From NCBI GenBank assembly GCA_000708835.1, contig DF237053.1:138023-202022 (forward strand): a stretch of DNA of 64,000 nucleotides, in the 5' to 3' direction. Below the pieces are notes generated by a model that was given only the letters and a program-made list of their open reading frames with translations, was not told where the DNA came from and did not search any database. Source of the DNA: Klebsormidium nitens. Taxonomy: Eukaryota > Plantae > Klebsormidiophyceae. Below, piece after piece: positions 55,053-64,000 of this stretch (position 1 is the first letter of the stretch; each line of letters opens with the position of its first letter). The translations under genes and the position numbers were made by a program.

Positions 55053-58000
55053 TCACAGTACTTCCGCTACAAGCGCTGCGCTTGGATACATTGCCAATTC
55101 TGAGAGGAGGACCCTTTGTCCGTCCCCACCTTCGAGCTTCTCTAAGACTTGTCTTGGAAAAGTTGTTACAAGCTGGTACTCGCCTGGATGGACGCTCATC
55201 TCTTCCAAGGAGTCAACCTGGGAAGTAGAAACCGCAGGAGGTCAAAACTTACATAACCTTGTATGCCATAACAGCTCAAGCTCAAAGCGGGGCTGCCGCC
55301 CGTGAATCTCGCAGTATTCTGTGGAGCACCCCTGCTTGGTGCGCATCTACAGACAAGAGGGTAATCCGAAACAGGTTTGTAAAGGAGTTGTATGGACGTC
55401 ATACACTCTCGTCAGCATATTACGTCCAGCCCTGTGTCTGCTGTCTTTCCCAACCGTGCGTGCCCAATCCGGCAACATTTGCACGCCACACAGCAGAGTC
55501 TTGTACATCAGAACGTACGTATGTGAGCACAAATTTGGACGACGAGAGACTTGCAAAGAGGCCCATGGAGAGCTGACTCAAACGGGCACGTGTCGCTCTC
55601 TCACCCAAACATAGACCTCGGCCAGGGGAGAGTCAGGCGACCAAGCGCGCCGGAAGGAGCTGTTATTCGGCAGCCGCACAGAGAGCGCGATGCGGCCAGG
55701 GGTGCCTGGAGGCGGCTCAATCGGGAGGGACTCTCGCAACTTCCGTTTGCGCTCCTGCATACAACGATCTGAACGTTAAGAGTCACGTGTACATGCTGTA
55801 GCTGCAAAGGCTTCGGAAAGATGGAGGGCCGTGGTTGAGGGCTTCGACCTCCTCGCCCTTATGAAGCAGTCTTCCCGACCGATGGGTTTTTGAGGCACCT
55901 CACTGAGGTTGAGTTAAAATACGGAGCCGCAAGCGAATATCTGCGAAAGGCTGGCTAGATGCGCTGCAGGCGCGCTTGATAAAGGGGAGAACCGATGTTC
56001 TTCTGGCCCGGTTGGACCAGCCACCAGGGCTTCAGCAGGGAGACAAGAACGGCACCGTTCTTGTCTCCCAGAACTGCACCGTGGACTGTCTTTGACCATT
56101 CGCTGTTGAGCAGTGCCGATAATACGGTACTGACTTCTGAGGTTCTGAATCCAAGCTATGTCGAAGTAGGGCTACCTCAGCGCGATCCCAAACTGAAAGT
56201 TCAGAATTACACATCGACAAAGAACGTCAGGACCGCACTCCAACGGACGATTCGTAGGTACGGACGGCTGAAACCCGAGGACCTGAGCAGATGGACGATT
56301 GCACTCAACATGCCAGACGTCTGAGATACGAATCAGCAACGGAGCAGAAATTATCAACGGGCCACCTGGATCGTTTAGAGAGCTTACAAACCAAGACAAA
56401 TGGAACACGTTGGTCCAGTAAGATACACATAAGGCATGTCCCTCGGCATCCAATCAATTAACACAATCCTTTGCACGTGGATCAAGGTTAAGGTGCTCGA
56501 ACTTCCTCAGAACAGGTCGTTCCGGGCACGCACCTCCCAGGCCGCCCGTTCCTTCCGTTTCCGTTCCGCCAGTGCAGCCGCGCCCTTTTCGACACGTTCC
56601 CGCTCGTCGGCAATCCTTTTCAGCTCCGCGTCCCTCGCGCGGTCCGCCGCGAGCGCCGCCTGGAACGCGGCGTCCTGCACGGCTGGACGGACGGCCGCAG
56701 TTGTGGGGGGGTCTGAACAAGCAGCAAAAGTCGAGAAACATGGCCCCCCCGTTCTGAAAACAAAGGAACTTTTACCAAAAGGGTCTAGATGCGCGCTCCG
56801 GGTTGTCAAATGTGAGAAGGGCGAGAGTCAAACCTTCGAACAGAACGCAGGTCGTTGGTTAACAAACGATTCAAAAATTTGTTCCCGATCCTTAACAGCA
56901 AATAAGTTTTAGCAAATTGACAAGCTGACCTGCGTTACGCCCCAAGGACGCTTGGTTATCGTGTGATACTTGCAAAGTTCGATCGATGCATTGGACGGAG
57001 GGTTTTCCTTTTCTTACCTGCCGGTGTCTCAGCTCATTCTCTTTGCCCCGTGCCTCTTCGAGCCTTTGTCCAAAAAATGTGCGATACTTTCAAATTCAAT
57101 TGTTCTAAGAAACAGAAGGCATCGCTTCTCTTACCTGCCGATGTCTCAGCTCCCTCTCTTTGCTCCGTGCTTCTTCGAACTCTTGTCCCGGGCGGCTGGG
57201 GTTCCCCGGGGCCTCCAACCGGGCCGCCTTGGCCTGCAGCACCTCCTGTTCTCTCTCTCTCAATTCCTCCAGCTTCTTCAACCGGGCCTGCACATGGTGC
57301 CAGAGTGACTTTCTCTGAAGTGCGCTGCGTTTCGGAGTAGCCTGTTCACTGCGGCTAATGAAGCTAGGGCTAAAGTTGGCAGAACTGATCTATGAACTTC
57401 GACAAAGGAAGGCTCGTCAGCGATTCGACCTTCTGATTGCGACGCCTTGTTTGTAGTACCACCTTCGTGCCACTCAAAGCGCCACCACTACCTTCGCTAG
57501 ATTTTCCGTCACAGCTTTCGACCTTTTTGGGGCAGGTTGATGGAGGACGTTACGTGGTTGTTTGGTCCACGCACATGATGTCTTGACCTGTGCCTTCCGA
57601 ACCATACTCGTAAGTGCAGCTCACCATTGATCTTTTCATCCGAATTCTAAAAAGCAGCTACTATATGAACCAAAGTGGTACCAAAGGAAATATCATAAGA
57701 ACTCTGCCCCTGAAGCAGGAAAGGTGTCCACCCTACCTCCTCAGCTTTCCGGGCCGCCTCTGCCTTCTGCCTCTCCTGCTGACTCTCGCGCGCTTGATGC
57801 AAACGTACCGTCAGGTCTGTCTCCCTACGTGCAGCGGTCTCTGCTTCTGCAATTGCTCGGACCTCCCGCGCCCTTCTCTGCACTCAGGGGGTCAAAAAAT
57901 TGGTTAGAAGGTGAGCAGTGGTTTAACTTCGCAACAGTCCGCACTGCTTTCAACGAGTTGGTCACTTACTCGAACAAGAAGAATTTGCCAGGTCATAAGC

Positions 58001-58988
58001 TGAACATCACCGATGTTTTCTCTGACTCTGCAACAAGGGGGCGCCGGTCAACACATGCCGGATGATGTTGTATTGCGAGGATCTTTTTCGAATTCTGTGC
58101 ATTCCACGGCATCTGTGCAAAATCTAGACCATATACAAAGGCGTCCTTTCCCCCTGTGCCTCACAAGAAAATGCCCTTTGTTGCACCTTGATCAGAAGTG
58201 AAGACGCAAATCCGAAACCTCCCAGCCTGGAGCTCAGCAAGCGTACCTTTCTCTCTTCTTCCGCAGCCAGCTCCTGTTTAATTTCCAGGTGAGCTTGGCT
58301 TGCTTGCAACGAAGTTTGAGCTGGGCTACCTACAGGGAGAGAAGCTCAAAGATTGAGGAGACTTAGTAAGTTTCCAGATTGTCTTTCAAACCTGCGGAGG
58401 TTTCTTATTGCGAGTAGGCTGCACAGTCCAAGCTGAGTTGATGCTTCAAAGATTAGAGAAAACTTTTAGTCCCTCAGTATCCTGAACAGTATGCGTCAGA
58501 TGAGCTTGAATTGACAGAGTATATTGGTATTAGACAGCGTTCCTGGGTGCCGTTGCTTTTTGTACTGTCTCTCATATTGCATCAATTCCTCAGGATAGTA
58601 AGGGACTTGGACAACCCCGAGAATCAATGCCTATATGTTTCTATTTGTACCACCACCGTCTGCAACTTCCGTCGTAGGTCCAAACTTGTCAACTTGAAGC
58701 TCAAATGCATCCCACCACACATACAAGCATACATCGATCTGGCTGGATGCTACTTGAAATGCTGAGCAGCAGCTGAGCTCGCTCAAAATCAACAGAACAC
58801 AGGAACTTACCGGTGCTCTCGCTTCCTGAGATCGCTTCTCCCACTTCGTCATTAGAGCGCTCCAGCTTTCGCTGTCGCCATGCCGATCTTACAAACTCTA
58901 CTGAAGCTGCCAGCACGACCAGCAAGAAGGCCGCCTGCAAAGCGTATGTGAGGAGCACCGGCAGCCACGCAAGCACAACTTCTTGCAT
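55053..58988 (-). CDS. Membrane-anchored UBX-domain protein (N-terminal TM, coiled coil, C-terminal UBX), 336 aa
   Basis: Exons 58988-58811, 58329-58247, 57877-57737, 57287-57135, 56674-56534, 55754-55605, 55217-55053 (1011 nt, in frame). UBX signature LSVRLPNNSSFRRAW..LAEVYVWVDS..YQLVTTFPRQ..LSELAMYPSAALV; N-terminal hydrophobic helix. Confidence 0.88.
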
Positions 58989-59435
58989 CTTGCAGAGCTT
59001 TTTAAGGCTTGACCCCCAAATGGCGATGCGTCCTCTGGAAAAAGCAGCCGCCGGAATCCTTTGAACTTCACCCCAAAATAAGTAACCTAATCCTAGGTTG
59101 AGCTTCTTTCTCCTCCTACAAGTGCAATTCCCTAGTGGACTTTGTGATCAGTTTGGCACTTTATGGAGGAGGGCTCCTTTGGTCGAAGCTAGACGATCTT
59201 GCAAAGCAAGCGAGCTATGCTGCCAAATGCATGCAAGCGCATGCATGTTGCCAAGTCCAGACTCCGAAACTTGCACATCGCCAAACTTGAGAAGAGGTGC
59301 ATTTGAAGTGCAGGCAGAGAGTGGGCGTTGCATTCTGCACTCGCATTCGCCCAGCTCTCGCCCAACAAAGAAGATCAGCATTCCTTTCTCCTCTCAGCTT
59401 CACGCTTAGCCTGAGGCGCACGGTTGGAGCTCAAG

Positions 59436-62400
59436 ATGCAGGTCGCAACAGTAGCAGCTCCATGCGGGACTGCTGCTGTCCTGTGCTCTGGGTGTGGGCT
59501 TCCTCAGCAATCGACGAGAAGAGGGCCCGCATGGGCTGGCGCTAGCAAACCGTATGCGGGTTCTGCACTTCAGAATACGGCTGCTGGATCCAGAAAGAAG
59601 AAGAGTGTGCGATTGGTGGTGAGCAGCTCTGCTTGGGTGACTTTCTGTGCGGACGATAAGATCAGAGCGAATGCAGAGGCTTGAAAGCTGCAAGAGTTGG
59701 TTAGCCTGGAGTGTGACAGCATTGGCTGGGAGCTGGCAAAAGAAGAGCAAATCAGGCCTTATGAAGGCCAATTTGCATTCTTGAAGAAGTGGGGCATGTT
59801 CTTTACGAAAACATAGCATGTTTGGGACTTTTGAGCTTTTATGGTTGGCCTATCCTTGAATAAAAGGTGGTAATCTGGTGAGCCCAGATTACGTTTGCTT
59901 TTTGCCCCCACCATCAAGTGGACAGCGTCAGAGCTGAACTTCTCTACAACAGATTCGTCTTTAACCCCTCGTTGAATGACTCAAGTGAAGTGCTTTCAGA
60001 AGCACTTTTCAGTAAACAAGATTGCAAAGGTGGGTATGTCGGCGAATGATTGATTTGGCTCTAAGAAAAGTCGAAGAAGGCCATCAATACCACAAAATGT
60101 GGAAGTTGGACCTATCACTTCCGTTAGACTGCCATATTTTTCTACTTCAACAACGCCACTAGGTGTCTCCTTCATATTGATGGTTGCTTTTGCAGAGCTC
60201 GCTCCATGGGAAGTTACTGCGTCTCCAGTCCCAGGTCTATACTGGGATCAAAACACATGTGCGTAAAGAACCAATCACAGCTGACTGGAAGGAGGTGAGG
60301 TGAACAGTCCGCCATCATTCTCGTCATCACTCGGAACATGACAGGTCATCTGGTGGTGCGGGTCTATGGTTTGGTGACTTCTCTCATATGTGAATTGCTT
60401 TCTTTCATGCTTCCCGTCGTAAACTTCAGAATTCGAAGCCATGCTTCATTAGTTGACATGGAAGTACAAGCATTGGACTAATAGTAAAATCACTCAGTTC
60501 CTTCCTACTTAATTGTTTGCTGATTACCAAGTCTGCAGAAACTGAGTCAGCAGACTCAGTAATCAGCGAACAATCTGAGAAGTTGGGCGGTGAAGAGAGG
60601 CAGCTCAATCTTGAGAGGCTTCCCTGCGCTTGCAGCTTACAGGCGTCTTGGTGCTGTCAGCCTTCCCCTTCCTCTTTGTCAAGTACCTGGCCGAGGGGCC
60701 CACAGGCGATAGGCTGATGGAGAATGCGCAGAAAACAAAGGCGGAGAAGGAGCCCCAAAAGCAAGAGTTTCAAGAGAAGCAGACGGAGGCGCGCCAGAGA
60801 AGGTGAGGCGTCCGAGCCCAGAAAGTTCTCAGGGAGTTTCGAGGCGGAAGCTCAACTATGTAGAGATCGTCAAGAGCACATTGGGGCGACAATAGTGATA
60901 TTGGAAGGGGTGAACCTGCTCGAAGTCGCCTCCCTAAGCGTCGGAACTTGGTATTCGGGATTTGATTTTGAAAGCGAGTCTACGGATATGGAACGGAATA
61001 TACCCAACCTCCAAGATCCTCTGTACAAGAGCTGCGTGTTTGGCTGGAAGACGATTTGAACGTCTGTCAGGATTGCCCTCCTCAGGAACAGATCATCAAG
61101 GGCAGAGCTGCTCATTGTGATCTCCCTCATCGATCGTCAGTGCCCTCATTCTTACCCTTGCAATTTGAACCGAAAGACGTCTTATATATTGTCTGTTGAT
61201 ATCGCTTGAGAAGCGCTAATGCTTTGCCAAATCCATCCTGTCTAACCCGTGAATATCTTTGCAGTCGGTGGTACGGCCCTGAACGGCCGAAGTGGCTGGG
61301 TCCCCTTCCGTACGAATATCCGGGGCATCTCAGCGGAGAATACCCCGCAGACTACGGTTTCGACATTCTAAACCTCGGCGTGGACCCGAGCAACTTCCAA
61401 AAGTACTTCAAGTGAGTGCTTGACCGCTGATGTCACCGAGACACGCCCTTTCGGTCGTTAAAAAGGTGATGTAACGGAATCCTGATTCCCTTAAGCTGAA
61501 CTGCACCTTCCATGAGGTGCGTCCTGAAGCAAGCGTCGACTTCCCGAACGGAACAAAAGTTGACGGAAGCGTCCGTCGGTCTGCACATAGACCCCTCTCT
61601 GAATCCTTCTTAGTCTCTGGAAATGCCACCCGTTTTCCTTGTTCCACGTCGCTCTCTTTTCGATCTCACCGGATCTTAGTATCCTTCCACCACTTCGGTT
61701 TTTGAAATTCTTCGTTCACGTGTTCATCTCGTTCTGGTACTTTAAAGCACGCGGCGCCCTCATTGGTCCAGTCAAGAGACTTGATGGGGCTCGTCTGTTG
61801 CAACGATTTCTTCCTTTCCTGTCGTTCTGTCTTTACTCTTACTTTCACCCCCTGCTCAATCAGAGCCAGCTCAATTTTGAAGCCCCAGTTTACTTGCCCC
61901 GGATCTCAACTTCGCCTCCGCCTTCCTCCATTTCGAGGCCCTTGCAACGGGCTACGCAGTGCGCTCATTTCCGCACCATACCCTGATACCATTTCTTTCA
62001 TGTCTGCATTTATCCAACGCCATCATCGTCCCCTCCCCCCCCCTCTTTCTATATTCTGCACGTCTGGTGGGCCATGCCGGGAGCTGCCAATCGTGGGGAC
62101 TTCCGATAAGCAGAAAGATTTCCATGTAGCCGCTGAACGTCTACTTCCCAGACCCTCATGTTCTCTGCCCACCCCCTCGCTTGGAGATCCTCCGCATTTG
62201 ATGGATCATGCTGAGCGCTCATCCCGGGGGTACCTCCAATGATCCGGGAACTACCCCATTTGAAAAGGACGTTTCGCCTTCCCTGGTTCTGACAGCCGTT
62301 TGATACTCCCCCCACTTTCGAGATCCTGCACGCCCGGTGGGCCATGCTGGGGGCTGTTTCCTCAAACGTCCAAATACACCTCAATCTTTAAACCTCCCTG

Positions 62401-63463
62401 TCCCCTTCCCCCGGGCATAACAACCGTCCGAGCCTCCCTGCAGTTTCGAGATCCTGCACGCCCGGTGGGCCATGCTGGGCGCGCTCGGCGCGCTCATCCC
62501 CGAAGTCCTCCAGTACTTCAGCGCGCTGGACTTCACGGAGCCGGTGTGGTGGAAGGTGGGCTACGCCAAGCTGCAGGGCGAGGACCTCGACTACTTCGGC
62601 ATCCCCGGGCTGCACATTGCGGGCGGGCAGGGGATTCTGATCATTGCGTTCTGCCAAGCCATACTCATGGTGAGTGCTGAGACTCGAGCCAAGGGGTCAA
62701 ATCTGATAGTTGCCTTCTGCCGGGCAGATCCTCATGACAACCAGAAACTGGCAGAAGAACCTTGTATTAACGGTTCGTACAGAGGTTGTTTGAGAAACGG
62801 TCTGAGGGTCGCACGCAATGAAATTGTGTTGCGTGATGGAAAGTGGCTCTCGTGGTGTCGCTGAAAGTCTTGGAGTTCGAAACAAGCGAAAGACTGGAGA
62901 GTCGCATCTCTTCAGAAGGTGAACTCCAGCTTCCGTATTACCCTTGCAACCTCGTCATCATCGGTGAATGTCCAGGACGTAGGCCACCTTTCGCGATGAG
63001 CAAAATCACGTTCTTGCTGGACGCTTGCCGCTATGAAAAGCAGTCATAAGAAATCAGCACAGCAAGCTGGCACTTGCGTATGAAAACTCCACGTGACTCG
63101 TACGTCAAGCACGTCCCAATTTATCTAAGTAACTGACTTCGTTTTGTTTCGATCTGGCAGCTCGGCCCCGAGTATGCGCGCGCAACTGGCATCGCTGCCC
63201 TTGAGCCGGTCGGGTTGTACCTCCCGGGAGACGAGAACTTTCCTGGGGGAGCGTTGTTTGATCCCCTTGGTTTGGCGGACGACCCGGAAGCTTTTGAGGA
63301 CCTGAAAGTGAAGGAGATGAAAAACGGGCGGCTTGCAATGGTGGCGTGGCTCGGGTTCTACATCCAAGCTCTAGTAACCCAAAAGGGCCCGTTGCAAAAT
63401 CTGCTAGACTTCGCTTCAGATCCTGCCCATAACAACATATTTACTGCCTTCAATTCGTCGTGA
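59436..63463 (+). CDS. LHCB7: Light-harvesting protein Lhcb7, 347 aa
   Basis: Exons 59436-59636, 60636-60802, 61265-61411, 62444-62669, 63161-63463 (1044 nt, in frame). [62 protein letters not shown] and [12 protein letters not shown] match Lhcb7, including its GVLVxSAxPF N-terminal extension. Confidence 0.93.
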
Positions 63464-64000
63464 AGCCGACATTCGACTCTGCCGCTTCCATGTAAGTTGT
63501 ATATTTTCATAGATCAACAAATTACTTTAGAAATGTTCCTTGCTCGGATCCATTGTCTGCATTTTGATGACGTGCGTGCTGCCCGGTTTTGAAAACTGGT
63601 GTTCCAGAAGTTTGCCTTTACAACGGCTGCAAGTTTGTCACATTGTGCCATTGAATGCTCATGAACGTCTTCAATATTCCGACGACCGGTTTGCCATGCT
63701 AGCCATGCGCCAAGCTCCGAGTCTCATATCTGAACCGTTGTACGTGCTTGGAGGAGCGGGAGCCGACACATCATGCAGTCAGCTTTGTGCAGCATGATGC
63801 ATGCCTTTATCCAAGCAATCAAAACAGCTTGCCAAAGTCAACACGCAGGATATGCACATGCGCGCAATGGCGAAAACTTGTAGATTCTCAGTGCGCGCAG
63901 CGCGCTGAGAATCGCGGTTCTCTTGGCGCGAACCGCGTCTGAAATTTGCAATTTCCCGCGCCGCGCCGCGGCCGCGTCGCCGCGCAGCGGCGTATAAAGT

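Noticed and set aside
56454-56533. Selenocysteine or readthrough at TGA 56507 of the coiled-coil ORF
   Set aside because: A canonical GAG|GTGCGT donor at 56534/56533 splices out the stop and joins the UBX exons in frame.
1-64000. tRNA, rRNA or snRNA genes
   Set aside because: No cloverleaf with A/B boxes, rRNA signature or U-snRNA 5' motif was recognised by eye. tRNAscan-SE or Infernal would be decisive.

Overview
Eukaryotic, intron-rich, roughly 52% GC (estimated by eye) genomic DNA. Gene content (plastid MurA, LHCB5, LHCB7, plant-type conserved membrane proteins) and intron style point to a streptophyte green alga of the Klebsormidium type; this is an inference. I reconstructed 12 spliced protein-coding genes by hand from GT/GC-AG junctions and frame continuity. 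In order: a 5'-uncertain tail-anchored coiled-coil protein (+), a conserved plant multi-pass membrane protein (-), NOB1 (+), an intron-bearing cyanobacterial-type aromatic amino-acid ammonia-lyase (PAL-like, +), a Cys-rich 4-TM Pro-rich protein (-), plastid MurA (+), PPIL1-type cyclophilin (-), a conserved plastid membrane protein (+), CKS1 (+, GC-AG intron), LHCB5 (+), a membrane-anchored UBX protein (-) and LHCB7 (+). No rRNA, tRNA, CRISPR array or autonomous transposon could be supported. Three things stand out. (1) The MIO lyase has Gly at the PAL/TAL specificity-switch position and two 3' lesions in the sequence as given. (2) Six of the twelve genes carry diverged intronic 'echo' copies of their own exon ends, splice site included. 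(3) A MITE-like family shares one G/T-rich core but has a different pair of terminal inverted repeats at each locus. All homology calls come from remembered family motifs, not from database searches.
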